NCBI GenBank assembly: GCA_944376605.1
Contig: CALWDE010000002.1
Location: forward strand, 51,500-115,499
Source: an uncultured Bacilli bacterium
GTDB taxonomy: Bacteria > Bacillota_I > Bacilli_A > RFN20 > CAG-826
Reading direction: 5' to 3'
Length of the DNA: 64,000 nucleotides
Made by a program: the position numbers and the translations under genes. Shown piece by piece: positions 1 to 10,378 of this stretch (position 1 is the stretch's first letter; the number at the start of each line of letters is the position of its first letter). The notes beneath the pieces are model-generated. The model ran no database searches. It saw only the letters and a list, made by a program, of their open reading frames with translations, and was not told the origin of the DNA.

Positions 1-886
1 CTAATCTAGGATTATCACCAGGCGTTAAATTTTCTGCATAACTTGCAGCAATAGAAGAAGCAGTTGTGCCGTCTACTGTTTCGGCAGAAAAATGCATCGA
101 ACGATTTACAACGGGGTGATCATTTAAAGCTTCACCTTCATTATTCTTATATAAATAGTAATTAGATCCATCTCCATAAATAGGAGCGTCACTAAGTCTT
201 AATTCTGTTCCGTTTTGAATCCAAGAACCTTTTGTCTCACCAGTGGAAGGATTGGTGAAGGTAACATAAGAATATGTTTTTGCCTCTTCACTATTGCCAA
301 CGATAGTAAAAACAATTTTGGCAATATCTACTTCTTTATCGGTCGAGATGGTGAAAGTTGTGCTAAAAGCGCCTGTCCCGTTATCTAACCCTTCTACGTA
401 ATTGAGTTTTTGGTCAGCACTATCGGAAATATCAGGTTCACCAGTATTCTCGATAACAGTGGTAAGGGGAGAAGCATGAGCAGAAGAAGATAAGGATAAG
501 GTAGCAGGAGCATCATTCACTGTAGCAATTACTCTTGCCCCGCGAATAGCAACTCCGTCTTTAGGAAAAGAGAAGGCAATCGTACCATTTGCTTCTAATC
601 TCAAGGCAGAGTTAGGAACGGCATAAGCAGCAGAGGCAGCAGAAATGCCGGGATTTAATTTTCCAACTCCTCCTTCTACTGTTTCCTTCCAGTCTCCAGT
701 ATTCAGAATGTCATTTCCTTCATATTCTGAAGTGCCAAAAGTCATATCTGCACAATATAAATTGGCAACATCACTAGCGACAGTTGGGGTGAATCTTTGA
801 GTAATTCCAACAACACTTAGAGTCGTAATACCTGCAAGAGCAACCGCTAATGCGCCAACATAAAAACCTATTTTTTTCTTTTTCAT
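1..886 (-). CDS. Secreted/surface protein, 3' end runs off the window (not in ORF track)
   Basis: Read by hand: AGGAGA SD, ATG at 886, MKKKKIGFYVGALAVALAGITTLSVVG... signal-peptide-like N-terminus; frame stays open to position 1. Confidence 0.8.
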   Translation of the reverse strand, partial: MKKKKIGFYVGALAVALAGITTLSVVGITQRFTPTVASDVANLYCADMTFGTSEYEGNDILNTGDWKETVEGGVGKLNPGISAASAAYAVPNSALRLEANGTIAFSFPKDGVAIRGARVIATVNDAPATLSLSSSAHASPLTTVIENTGEPDISDSADQKLNYVEGLDNGTGAFSTTFTISTDKEVDIAKIVFTIVGNSEEAKTYSYVTFTNPSTGETKGSWIQNGTELRLSDAPIYGDGSNYYLYKNNEGEALNDHPVVNRSMHFSAETVDGTTASSIAASYAENLTPGDNPRL

Positions 887-1109
887 AAGGTCTCCTATTT
901 CGTATTAAACGTCTGTAGTAAGTAAAGTAAGGGAAGTCGCAGGGGGATTTCCTCATTATTACCATAAGTATTTCTTTTGCAACAGGATTGCTTATGTATT
1001 TCTTTTTAAGGGAAGATTTGCAGGGATTTTGGTTTAAGAAAAGTGCAAAAATTAAAATTTTAAGACATGTCTTTTTCTCTTTTTCCTATCCGTATTAAAA
1101 TGTGAGAGT

Positions 1110-2561
1110 ATGGAACAGACAGAAAAAAAGATTTCTCATCCGCTCCTTAAGCTTAACTATAAGAGAACTTTTCTTATTGGTTTTGCTTTCTTTGGCATTT
1201 TACTTCTTTGGCAGGTATATGACTCTTGGTGTCCGACCATTTTAACCGAGTTATTTGCCAGAAACATTTTTGGTTTAGCAGGAGGAGAAGCTCTTGATGA
1301 TCAATTGTCTTTAGAAGTTCAGTACTTAGTGGGCATCATGATGGCAATTGATAATTTAGCTGCCTTAATCTTATTACCTATTTTCGGTTCTCTATCGGAT
1401 AAAACGCACACAAAAATTGGTAAGAGAATGCCTTTTATTTTAGTAGGAACTCTTATTGCTGCTTTAGCCTTCCCTTTTATTCCTCTCTTTTTCCATTTTT
1501 TGCCTGATTCGATTGGAGGCTTAATTGGAGTAATCATCATGATGCTTGTGGTGATTATTGCCATGATGATGTACCGTTCTCCGGCTGTATCTTTAATGCC
1601 AGATTTGACGCCAAAACCTCTTAGAAGCAAAGCAAATGGCATTATCAACATCATGGGTTATTTTGGTGGTGCTTGTGCTACTTTCATGGGCTTCGGCTTT
1701 GTTCTTAGCGATTATGTGCGTAACCCTGATTCTTGGTGTTATCAAAACATTTGGGCCATTGAGTTACCTTTCTTAATTGCTAGTGTTTTAATGATTATTT
1801 CTGCGTTTGTTTTATTCTTTAAGGTAAAAGAAAACCGCTTAGCAGAAGAGCTTCGTCCAGAACTGGAAGAAGGGGAACGCTTAGCTGCTCTAGAAGAAAA
1901 GGTAGAAGATGATAAACCAATGCCAAAAAGCAATAAGATTATGTTAATTCTTATTCTTATAGCAGAGGTTTGCTGGTTTATGGCAGATAACGCCGTTAAC
2001 ACCTTCTTCTCTTTGTATGTTCAATACTATTTAAACTGTTCTACTTCCTCCTCTTCCATTCTTACTGTTTTAGGGGGAGTCTTCTCTGTCATTGGCTTTT
2101 GGTTTGGTGGAGTTCTTGCGGATAAGATTGGCCGTAAATGGACCATTTCTATGGGGCTTTTCTTATACATTGTTGGGGCAGTTATGATGTGCTTTGCTTG
2201 GCCTACTCAAAATGCCGAGGGGGTGTATCAACTCCCATGGATTCTCTATGTTGTCTTTATTGTAAAAGGGTTTGGCATTGCTTTAGTTAACACTTGTAGC
2301 TTCCCAATGGTGGTGGAGTTTAGTTCTGCGAAAAAGGTTGGCAGATTTACAAGTTACTATTATGCCGCTAGTATGGGCGCGCAAGCGTTAACTTCGATTG
2401 CCTTAGGTGGACTCTTATATGCTACTAGATCCTATAGCACCTTACCCATCTATGCGACTGTCTTTATGGTAATTGCTTTTACCATTTTCCTTTTCGTGAA
2501 AAACATTAAGTCCAAAGTCGTGAAAACAAAGCGTGGTCTAGAAGCTTTAGACACGGACTAA
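1110..2561 (+). CDS. MFS/GPH-type sugar transporter (maltose/sucrose-like)
   Basis: About 12 hydrophobic segments, motifs GSLSDKTHTKIGKRMPFI and LADKIGRK; malQ and galM nearby. Confidence 0.85.
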   Translation: MEQTEKKISHPLLKLNYKRTFLIGFAFFGILLLWQVYDSWCPTILTELFARNIFGLAGGEALDDQLSLEVQYLVGIMMAIDNLAALILLPIFGSLSDKTHTKIGKRMPFILVGTLIAALAFPFIPLFFHFLPDSIGGLIGVIIMMLVVIIAMMMYRSPAVSLMPDLTPKPLRSKANGIINIMGYFGGACATFMGFGFVLSDYVRNPDSWCYQNIWAIELPFLIASVLMIISAFVLFFKVKENRLAEELRPELEEGERLAALEEKVEDDKPMPKSNKIMLILILIAEVCWFMADNAVNTFFSLYVQYYLNCSTSSSSILTVLGGVFSVIGFWFGGVLADKIGRKWTISMGLFLYIVGAVMMCFAWPTQNAEGVYQLPWILYVVFIVKGFGIALVNTCSFPMVVEFSSAKKVGRFTSYYYAASMGAQALTSIALGGLLYATRSYSTLPIYATVFMVIAFTIFLFVKNIKSKVVKTKRGLEALDTD

Positions 2562-2572
2562 AAGGAGGATTT

Positions 2573-3562
2573 ATGCCTGCTATTATTACGCATTACGCTT
2601 TTGCTCTTGAGGCAATGGAAAGAAAAGATCGCCTTAAGGATGAAAAAGAAGCTTTGCTTATTGGGGCGCAAGGTCCAGATCCCTTCTTTTTCTTTGGGCA
2701 AAAGCCATGGAATCGCCGCCACAGTAGAGAAAGCATTAATTCTTTTGGTCACGAACTACATCATATAGATCCTACTGATTGCTATTACGCTTTAATAGAA
2801 ATTAGTAATTCTGCACCAGACGAAATAAAGGGAGTCTTACAAAGTTATATCGAAGGTGTTTTTCTCCATTACTGCCTCGATAGAAACTGTCATCCTTATA
2901 TTTGGAGCAGATGCGGATATGGGCTCAACGCGGAAGAGAAAAAGGAATGGGGAGCTTCGCATACTTGGCTTGAAACTCTTATTGATTTTGTTTATGGAAG
3001 TGAGAAGAAACTTTTTACACCAAAGGCATATCGTTATTTAGAGATTTCCTACTCTTCTCTTACTGCGATTTCTCATTTATGGATGCTTGCTAATGAAGCT
3101 ACATTAAAAAAAGAACGTTTTGATGAGAACTCTTTTATCTTATCTTTGGTGGACTACCGCTCCATTATGCGTTTGACAAATGTGCCACATGGTTGGAGTC
3201 ATTTTTTGACATCATTTTTGGGAAAAAAGAGTGTCGCGCATAAGATGAATTATCCAAAAAAGATGGATGAGAGCATCTCTTCTTTAGACGTGATGAATGA
3301 TAAACACGCGATGTGGAGAGATCCTGTAAAAGGCTTTCACCGCAGCGAATCTCTTCGTGATTTAATGCATCAAGCAGAAGAAGATTACCGTGCTGTTTTA
3401 CCTATCCTTCGTGCTTCTTTTATGGGGGAAGAAGGAAGCAAAGAAGCTTTACGAAAGTTCTGCCACGAATTAGATCATGACGGTTATCGACCAAGCGAAA
3501 AATTACAATATATGTCACCAATATGGCCAAATAGTAGGGAAAGAGGCCCTAAGAAAGCTTAG
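2573..3562 (+). CDS. Zinc-dependent phospholipase C family protein
   Basis: MPAIITHY start, GAQGPDPFFF, HELH and HYCLDRNCHPYI motifs; AGGAGG SD. Confidence 0.75.
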   Translation: MPAIITHYAFALEAMERKDRLKDEKEALLIGAQGPDPFFFFGQKPWNRRHSRESINSFGHELHHIDPTDCYYALIEISNSAPDEIKGVLQSYIEGVFLHYCLDRNCHPYIWSRCGYGLNAEEKKEWGASHTWLETLIDFVYGSEKKLFTPKAYRYLEISYSSLTAISHLWMLANEATLKKERFDENSFILSLVDYRSIMRLTNVPHGWSHFLTSFLGKKSVAHKMNYPKKMDESISSLDVMNDKHAMWRDPVKGFHRSESLRDLMHQAEEDYRAVLPILRASFMGEEGSKEALRKFCHELDHDGYRPSEKLQYMSPIWPNSRERGPKKA

Positions 3563-3567
3563 AAGAG

Positions 3568-5130
3568 ATGAAATTATTTCGTTCTGGTTTTTGGGCGAAG
3601 GCAGTTATATGTCTGATTATTCTTTTAGAGTTTGCCGGACTAATTGCCTTTTTCTATTTACTAGCGACAGGTCTACTTGCAAGTCAATACGCGATTGTCT
3701 TTCTTATTGTTGTCTTAGTTTTAAATGCGGTAACTGTTTTAGTTATTATTAATTCTGCCGGTCAGACAGATTATAAAGTTTCTTGGCTTGCAGCTTTAGG
3801 CGCAATTCCTGTTTTAGGGTTAGTCTTTTATCTTCTTTTTGCTCATAAATTAACAAGTCCTTGGCAGCGTTCTTATATGAAGAAATATGAAACCACAATG
3901 GAACATATCTCTTCTGATATATCTCCTTTAATCCGATTAGAAAAACAGTCGCCTTCTTCTGCAAAAATTGCGCGTTATATTCAAAACGCGGGTGATTGTC
4001 CTATTTATCGCAACACATCTGTCACATATTTTCCTCTTGGAGATGACGCTTTTCCTGTCATGCTAGAAGAGCTTAAAAAAGCGAAACACTATATCTTTTT
4101 AGAATATTTTATTATTCATCCAGGAAAGTTTTGGAATTCTATTTTGGCGGTGTTAGAAGAAAAAGCGAAAGCTGGTCTTGATATTCGTGTGGTATATGAT
4201 GATGTAGGAAGTTTATCTACTTTACCATCGAATTTCCGCCGCTCATTAGAAGCAAAGGGAATCCGCTGTCGAGTATTTTCTCCTATCTATCCCTTCCTTG
4301 ATATTCGTATGAACAATCGTGACCACCGGAAAATTCTTGTTATTGATGGTCACACCGCTTTTAGTGGCGGGATCAATCTTGCTGATGAATACATTAATGA
4401 AGTAAAGCGGTTTGGGCACTGGAAAGATAATGCTGTCATGCTGAAAGGGAAGGCAGTGGAAAGTCTTACTTTTCTCTTTTTAGCAAATTGGTGCGCAAGT
4501 TTTGATACGAAAAAAGAAATTAATTATGACTATTATCGTCCCGAAACTTTCATCGATGAAATCGGTGGATTTCCTGCATCAGATGGCTACGTTCAGCCTT
4601 ATGGTGATGTGCCTTACGATGAATTTTCTATTGGTGCAGGTGTGTATAGTTCCATCATCACACGTTCTAGAAAGTATCTATATATTTCCACCCCTTACCT
4701 GATTTTAGATAGCCGTTTAAAAGACGAGCTTGTGCAAGCAGCCTTATCAGGAGTTGATGTCCGTATTTTAACGCCTGGAATTCCTGATAAAAAACTCGTC
4801 TTCTCTTTAACGCGGTCCAATTACGGACCACTTCTAAAAGCGGGGGTGAAGATTTATGAATATTCGCCCGGCTTTGTTCATCAAAAGATGTTTGTGTCGG
4901 ATGATGAGGTTGCAACGTGCGGCACAATAAATGTCGATTATCGCGCTTTATATTTGCATATGGAAAATGGAGTATTTCTTGCCCATTCTTCTGTTGTCTC
5001 TTACATGAAAAATGACTTTTTAAGCACTTTAGATGTATCAAAAGAAATCGATTACGCTTCTTGGAAAAAGAAGAAAAGAAAGCTTGGTATATGGTGGGCT
5101 TTATTAAAAGTATTTTGCCCTTTGTTATAA
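3568..5130 (+). CDS. cls: Cardiolipin synthase
   Basis: N-terminal TM helices and two HKD motifs (RDHRKILVID, HQKMFVSD). Confidence 0.92.
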   Translation: MKLFRSGFWAKAVICLIILLEFAGLIAFFYLLATGLLASQYAIVFLIVVLVLNAVTVLVIINSAGQTDYKVSWLAALGAIPVLGLVFYLLFAHKLTSPWQRSYMKKYETTMEHISSDISPLIRLEKQSPSSAKIARYIQNAGDCPIYRNTSVTYFPLGDDAFPVMLEELKKAKHYIFLEYFIIHPGKFWNSILAVLEEKAKAGLDIRVVYDDVGSLSTLPSNFRRSLEAKGIRCRVFSPIYPFLDIRMNNRDHRKILVIDGHTAFSGGINLADEYINEVKRFGHWKDNAVMLKGKAVESLTFLFLANWCASFDTKKEINYDYYRPETFIDEIGGFPASDGYVQPYGDVPYDEFSIGAGVYSSIITRSRKYLYISTPYLILDSRLKDELVQAALSGVDVRILTPGIPDKKLVFSLTRSNYGPLLKAGVKIYEYSPGFVHQKMFVSDDEVATCGTINVDYRALYLHMENGVFLAHSSVVSYMKNDFLSTLDVSKEIDYASWKKKKRKLGIWWALLKVFCPLL

Positions 5131-5158
5131 AAAACACATAAAAGGAGGGAGTTTTGCA

Positions 5159-6136
5159 ATGAAAATGGTATCGCAAATCATTAATGGAAACTGTTTCTAT
5201 TCTTTTACAAACGAAGATGGATTTTCTATTACTTTTTCCGATATTGGTGCCTCTATTTATGATATTCGTTATAAAGATATTCCTTTAATTGTTTCCCCTA
5301 AGCAGCCTAGCCGCTTTTTGGAATCCTATGGTTTTCATGGCAAAAGCATTGGCAGAATTGCAGGAAGAATTAAAAATGCTCATTTGAATTATTTGGGAAA
5401 AGAATATGTTTTAGAGCGAAATAATGGCGCCCATACTTTGCACGGAGGTTATCACTCTTTTGCTTTTCAACGTTTCCATCTTGAACTTGTCAAAAGGGAA
5501 GATGCTTTTGTTTTAACCTTTAGTTATTTGTCAAAAGACGGGGAAGCTGGTTTTCCAGGAGAGATTATGACGCTTATTCGTTACACCATTCCGAAAACTG
5601 GCACTGAATTTTTATATGAAGTAATTGCGGAAGCTGAAGAGGCGACCCCTTTTGGTCCTACCTTACATTTATATTTCAATTTGGGAGGGGAGAAGAATAT
5701 ATATCAACATTCTTTAACCTTAGACTCAGAAAAGGTTATGTGTTATGACGAAAGTTTAATTCCTCTTTCCTTTGTGCCTGCTACTTCTCCTTTTTCTTTT
5801 GAAAACGGGACGCGTTTAGATGAATCGCTTTTATCACATCCTCTTTTAAGCAAGTTAAAAGGAATTGATCACTGCTTTTTGATAAAAGGAGAAAAAGAAG
5901 TACCTATTCTTTTAGAAAACGGAACGAAAAAATTAGAAATCACCACAAATTTTCCTGCTCTTCAAGTCTATACGGATAATAGCCCAGCGCCTTTAGAGCT
6001 TACAAACGGGAATATAGAGATTCCACATTCCGGTGTTGCTTTAGAACCGATGTATGTTGCTACAGAGTTCTTAGAAATGGGACTTACCCCAAAAGTGAGA
6101 AGAAGAAATTGGATTCGTTATCATTTCGTTTTATAA
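5159..6136 (+). CDS. galM: Aldose 1-epimerase (galactose mutarotase family)
   Basis: GRIAGRI, HTLHGG, GFPG, HLYFNLGG, GIDHCF, GVALEP motifs. Confidence 0.85.
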   Translation: MKMVSQIINGNCFYSFTNEDGFSITFSDIGASIYDIRYKDIPLIVSPKQPSRFLESYGFHGKSIGRIAGRIKNAHLNYLGKEYVLERNNGAHTLHGGYHSFAFQRFHLELVKREDAFVLTFSYLSKDGEAGFPGEIMTLIRYTIPKTGTEFLYEVIAEAEEATPFGPTLHLYFNLGGEKNIYQHSLTLDSEKVMCYDESLIPLSFVPATSPFSFENGTRLDESLLSHPLLSKLKGIDHCFLIKGEKEVPILLENGTKKLEITTNFPALQVYTDNSPAPLELTNGNIEIPHSGVALEPMYVATEFLEMGLTPKVRRRNWIRYHFVL

Positions 6137-6163
6137 GCGAGTATCGGCAAAAAGACAAAAATC

Positions 6164-6172
6164 TGCTATACT
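6164..6172 (+). promoter_or_regulatory. Extended -10 promoter element for malQ-rimO
   Basis: TGcTATACT about 20 nt upstream of the AGGAG SD and ATG 6193. Confidence 0.45.
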
Positions 6173-6192
6173 AAACATAGATAGGAGAGTTT

Positions 6193-7674
6193 ATGAATCG
6201 TATTACCGGTATGCTGTGCCCGGTTGCTAGCCTGCCTTCTCGTCATGGCATTGGCGACTTTGGGAAGAAAAGTTATGAGTTTGCGGATTTGCTTAAGGAG
6301 ATGGGTTGCCAGTTATGGCAAGTTCTGCCTTTAAATCCTTTGGGATATGGACATTCTCCTTACCAACCGTTTAGCAGTTTTGCTATCGACGAACTTTATG
6401 TGGATTTAGATGCTTTAAAAGCAGAAGGGCTTATTGAAGGAGATATTCCTGATTTTGCCGCTGATTCTCCCAAAATTCTTTATGAAGAAATTCGCGAATT
6501 TAAACTTCCTTATCTGAGGGAAGCTTTCTTAAAAGCAAAGAGAAAAAGAAACTTTAAAACACTTTGTGAAGCTTTCCAAAAAGAAGAAGAATGGGTGACT
6601 TCTTGGGCGCTTTTTATGATGAATAAGAGAAAAGAAGCGCTTCGCAGTTGGTCACTTTGGGAAAAAAGAAGACAAGAGATGAACGAAGGTGATGTCTATT
6701 TATCGAAAGAGGAAATGGACGATTACTACTTCGAGATTTGGCTTCAAATGACGCTTTATTCTCAGTGGAAAAAACTTCTTTCTTATTGCCATAAACTTGG
6801 TTTAAAACTGGTCGGAGATGTCCCTTTCTATGTTGGCTTTGACTCTGCGGATGTTTGGGCAAATCAAGAGTTCTTCTTAATAGATACAAAAACAAAAGAA
6901 CCTAAGTTTATTGCAGGTGTACCGCCTGATTACTTCTCTGCCACTGGCCAAAGATGGGGCAATCCTATGTATAACTGGGACTATTTAACGCTTAAGAATT
7001 TCTCTTTCTTAACCAAGCGTTTGATTGGTAATGCAAAGTTATACGATGTGATTCGTTTAGATCACTTCCGCGCTTTTGATACATATTGGAAGATACCAGC
7101 TTCTTGTCCAACTGCCGAAATTGGTGTTTGGAACGAAGCGCCTGGTTATGCTTTCTTTGATACTTTATTAAAAGAAGCTCCTAATATGGAGATTATTGCA
7201 GAAGATTTAGGTGATTTGCGTCAAGAAGTACTAACCTTACGCGATCATTATCACTTCCCAGGGATGAACGTTGTTGAATTCACTTTTAAGGACTGCGAAA
7301 TTTTGAAAACAGATAACCGCAATAAAGAGAATATGGTTGTTTATCTTGGCACCCATGATAATTCCCCAATTCGTGGATACTATGATTCCTTAAGCGAAGA
7401 AGAACAGCATTCATGGGATAAAACTTTGGATGAGCTTGGCATGGAAAAGTTACCAATTCATGAACGCTTAATGTCTTATGCGATGTCTTTAAAGGCAAAG
7501 TACGCTATTTTTGCGCTGCAAGATGTGCTTGGTCTTGGAGAAGATACGCGCCTTAATAAGCCTGGCATTGTTGATGATGTCAACTGGACTTGGCGCTTAC
7601 CTGATTTTGCTGCTTTGCGGGAGAAGATTTCTACCTTCCGCGCGATCGCTACTAAGTATGGAAGGGTTTCATGA
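6193..7674 (+). CDS. malQ: 4-alpha-glucanotransferase (amylomaltase, GH77)
   Basis: GVPPDYFSATGQRWGNP, RLDHFR, IIAEDLG and GTHDN motifs. Confidence 0.95.
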   Translation: MNRITGMLCPVASLPSRHGIGDFGKKSYEFADLLKEMGCQLWQVLPLNPLGYGHSPYQPFSSFAIDELYVDLDALKAEGLIEGDIPDFAADSPKILYEEIREFKLPYLREAFLKAKRKRNFKTLCEAFQKEEEWVTSWALFMMNKRKEALRSWSLWEKRRQEMNEGDVYLSKEEMDDYYFEIWLQMTLYSQWKKLLSYCHKLGLKLVGDVPFYVGFDSADVWANQEFFLIDTKTKEPKFIAGVPPDYFSATGQRWGNPMYNWDYLTLKNFSFLTKRLIGNAKLYDVIRLDHFRAFDTYWKIPASCPTAEIGVWNEAPGYAFFDTLLKEAPNMEIIAEDLGDLRQEVLTLRDHYHFPGMNVVEFTFKDCEILKTDNRNKENMVVYLGTHDNSPIRGYYDSLSEEEQHSWDKTLDELGMEKLPIHERLMSYAMSLKAKYAIFALQDVLGLGEDTRLNKPGIVDDVNWTWRLPDFAALREKISTFRAIATKYGRVS

Positions 7675-8969
7675 AAAATATTGTACTAGTTTCTTTAGGT
7701 TGTGCCAAAAACCTCGTGGATAGCGAGATGATTCTTGCTTTGGTAACAAGTGGCGATTTTCAAATTGTTAGTGACTTGAAAGAAGCAGACTGCGTTCTTT
7801 TAAATACATGTGCTTTTATTCTTACTGCTAGGGAAGAAGCGATTCGTGAATGCAAAGCGATTCGCAAAAAGACAAAAGCAAAAATTGTAGTGTTAGGCTG
7901 CTACCCAGAAAGATCTTTAGAGGAAGTTCGTGAAGCGATGCCAGAAGCGGATTTATTTGTTCCAATTCGTGACTATCCCCGTCTTCATTCCATTTTAACT
8001 TCCTTCTTATCTTCGGAAAAACCTCTCTCACCCTTAGATCCTTTAAAAAGAATATTAGCAACTCCTTCCTGGTCTGCTTATTTACGAATTAGTGAAGGCT
8101 GCGATAATTTTTGTGCTTTCTGCGCGATTCCCTATATTAGAGGAAGATTCCGTTCCCGTACTCTTGATAGCTTACTAGAAGAGGCAAAGATGCTAAAAGA
8201 AAAGGGAGTGAAAGAGTTATCGATTGTTTCGCAAGATACCGCGCATTATGGTGTGGATTTAGGAAAAGATGGACCGCGCTTCCTTGATTTACTCAAAGCG
8301 CTCGATGAGATGGGCTTCTATTCCATTCGCCTTTTCTATCTCTATCCCAATGAATTAAATCATGAAATCATTGATTTTATCGCTCAGTCAAAATCCATTG
8401 CTCACTATTTTGATTTACCGATTCAGTGTGCTTCCGACTCACTTTTATTAAAAATGAATCGTCATGACTCAGTAGAGAACATGAGGGAGTTAATTTCCTA
8501 CATTCTAAAAGTGATGCCAGATGCGGTCTTACGTACAACGCTCATTGTGGGCTTCCCCGGCGAAACGGAAGAGGATTTCCATAATACCTTAGACTTTATT
8601 AAAGAGATCCGTTTCCATCATTTAGGCTGCTTCCGTTATAGCAGGGAAGAAGGCACACGCGCCTATGATATGCCTGATCAAATTAGTGAAGATGTCATGC
8701 GCGCAAGAGAACTTGAGATTATGGGTACCCAGCTTCAAATTGCGGCAGAAAGATGCCGTGAAATGGTCGATAAAGAAGTAGAAGGTATTGTGACAGGTTA
8801 TGACAATCATCGCCATCAATACACCTTCCGCTGCTACTGGAATGCTCCTGGAGAGATTGACGCTAATATTTACTTTAGTTCACCTCTCCCGATTGAGATT
8901 GGCTCCATCCATAAACTTAAAATCATCAATGGCTTTGTCCGTGATTTGGCAGGGCAATTAATAGAATAG
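7671..8969 (+). CDS. rimO: Ribosomal protein S12 methylthiotransferase
   Basis: SLGCAKNLVDSE, NTCAF, radical-SAM CDNFCAFC motif, C-terminal TRAM-like region. Confidence 0.93.
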   Translation: MKNIVLVSLGCAKNLVDSEMILALVTSGDFQIVSDLKEADCVLLNTCAFILTAREEAIRECKAIRKKTKAKIVVLGCYPERSLEEVREAMPEADLFVPIRDYPRLHSILTSFLSSEKPLSPLDPLKRILATPSWSAYLRISEGCDNFCAFCAIPYIRGRFRSRTLDSLLEEAKMLKEKGVKELSIVSQDTAHYGVDLGKDGPRFLDLLKALDEMGFYSIRLFYLYPNELNHEIIDFIAQSKSIAHYFDLPIQCASDSLLLKMNRHDSVENMRELISYILKVMPDAVLRTTLIVGFPGETEEDFHNTLDFIKEIRFHHLGCFRYSREEGTRAYDMPDQISEDVMRARELEIMGTQLQIAAERCREMVDKEVEGIVTGYDNHRHQYTFRCYWNAPGEIDANIYFSSPLPIEIGSIHKLKIINGFVRDLAGQLIE

Positions 8970-8992
8970 GACTGGTAAGCCAGTCCTTTTTT
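8968..8992. terminator. Intrinsic terminator between convergent rimO and nucleoside hydrolase
   Basis: AGGACTGG-TAAG-CCAGTCCT followed by a T run. Confidence 0.75.
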
Positions 8993-9839
8993 AAGAGAGA
9001 AGAAAGTTTTTAAAAGAAGATAAAGAAAACTCTTTTAAGTAAGAGAACCGCGAAGATTCTTCTTTAAAAACTCTGCAATTCCCACGTTCTTTTTCGATTT
9101 TCACTTCAACTTTAGCAGGTTGAAAGACTACTTTATCTTCATTTAGAAGGGCATAGACCGCTAAAACATCATGAGGAGTAATCGTCCAGTTTGTAGCATT
9201 TTTAAAGCGCGCAATGCATTTAGTTCGATATTCGCTTAAAGCGTCAAATGCTGTCATCAATATTGTTTCTTCTTTGGCATTTAAAATGGTTTTTTCTGTC
9301 TCTTCTAGCCCAATTGCGAAGGTTTTCATTTTGCTAGAAGCGACTAGAGAAAACGCTTCTACATCACATTCTAAATTCCATTCTGGTCTTTCCTTTTGAT
9401 ATTCTCCTCCCATGAAATAAAGAGAATGATTTTTTAAAATATCTTCTTTATCTTTTAAGATTGCTTTACCGATATTGGTAAGAGGACCAATCGCTAAAAG
9501 AGAAGCGTCTTTATGCTTCTTTAAAGCGTCTAGAATAACTTCTCCAATATCCTTTCTTTCTTCTTTTAAAGAAGTAAGTTCTTCTCCCCACTGATTAAAC
9601 ACTTCATGCGGTCTTTGGGGAGTAAGTCCTTTTAAAGGAAAAGAGGAACCTTCATATACGGGGATATCCTGATCTATTAAAGAGAGAATATAGCGCACCA
9701 TTGCCGCGCGTAAAGGAGTGTTTTTAAATACCGTAGATATTCCAATAATACGGACATCCTCACTTCTTAGAAGGCTTTCTAAAGCGAGATAATCATCGAT
9801 ATCGTCTCCAATATCTGTATCGAGCCAAATTTCTTTCAT
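8991..9839 (-). CDS. Nucleoside hydrolase (IU-NH family)
   Basis: DTDIGDDIDD, AIGPLTN, MGG, EWN and HD motifs; start moved to ATG 9839 (MKEIWLDTD). Confidence 0.88.
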   Translation of the reverse strand: MKEIWLDTDIGDDIDDYLALESLLRSEDVRIIGISTVFKNTPLRAAMVRYILSLIDQDIPVYEGSSFPLKGLTPQRPHEVFNQWGEELTSLKEERKDIGEVILDALKKHKDASLLAIGPLTNIGKAILKDKEDILKNHSLYFMGGEYQKERPEWNLECDVEAFSLVASSKMKTFAIGLEETEKTILNAKEETILMTAFDALSEYRTKCIARFKNATNWTITPHDVLAVYALLNEDKVVFQPAKVEVKIEKERGNCRVFKEESSRFSYLKEFSLSSFKNFLLS

Positions 9840-9914
9840 AAAAAAGAGGATAAGGGTATACGGCATAAAGAAAAAGAAAAATTGCATTTTTTGTGTAAAA
9901 GTAAAGTTATCCTC

Positions 9915-9943
9915 TTGCCTTCTTAGTAACTTTCTACTATTAT
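9915..9943 (+). promoter_or_regulatory. Sigma-70/A promoter for tRNA-Thr
   Basis: TTGCCT-17 nt-TATTAT, 23 nt upstream of the tRNA. Confidence 0.6.
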
Positions 9944-9966
9944 CGCAACCGCTCTAACGAGCAAAA

Positions 9967-10040
9967 GCCCCGCTAGTTAAATGGTATAACGGATCCATGG
10001 TAAGGATCAATCCGTAGTTCGATTCTGCGGCGGGGCACCA
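9967..10040 (+). tRNA. tRNA-Thr(GGT)
   Basis: Acceptor stem GCCCCGC/GCGGGGC, D arm GTTA/TAAC, anticodon arm GATCC-ATGGTAA-GGATC, T loop GTTCGATT, encoded CCA. Confidence 0.95.
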
Positions 10041-10059
10041 TATTGAGAGGCAATGTCTG
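10039..10059 (+). repeat. Left direct repeat (attL-like) CATATTGAGAGGCAATGTCTG
   Basis: Exact match to 19781-19801; overlaps the last 2 nt of the tRNA. Confidence 0.9.
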
Positions 10060-10088
10060 CTGCTCGAAAGAGCAAGCAGACTTTTTTC
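10055..10088 (+). terminator. tRNA terminator
   Basis: GTCTGCT-GCTC-GAAA-GAGC-A-AGCAGAC followed by T7. Confidence 0.8.
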
Positions 10089-10378
10089 TTATAGAATCGG
10101 CACAACCTAAGTCTCCTGTTCTTAAATATTTTAAAAAGCAATGAGTCATGCTTTTTCTAAGTACTATGAATAGTTTGTGTAAGAAGATCCGCGGTTTTTG
10201 ACTTTATCCCGACGTGGCAGGCTCAATATTTTTTAGAAGAAAACTATTAAGGCTATATAATGTGAAAAGTGTCATGTAAACCCCGGATGCAAACTCCGAG
10301 TTGACAAAATACCAATCCTCGGTTGGTAGTCGAAAACTCCCATGAAATCGAGAATATTGGCGGAAAGGAGGAAAGTAG

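Noticed and set aside
774-965. 63-aa minus-strand ORF in the track
   Set aside because: Overlaps out of frame the longer gene starting at 886, which has an SD and signal peptide
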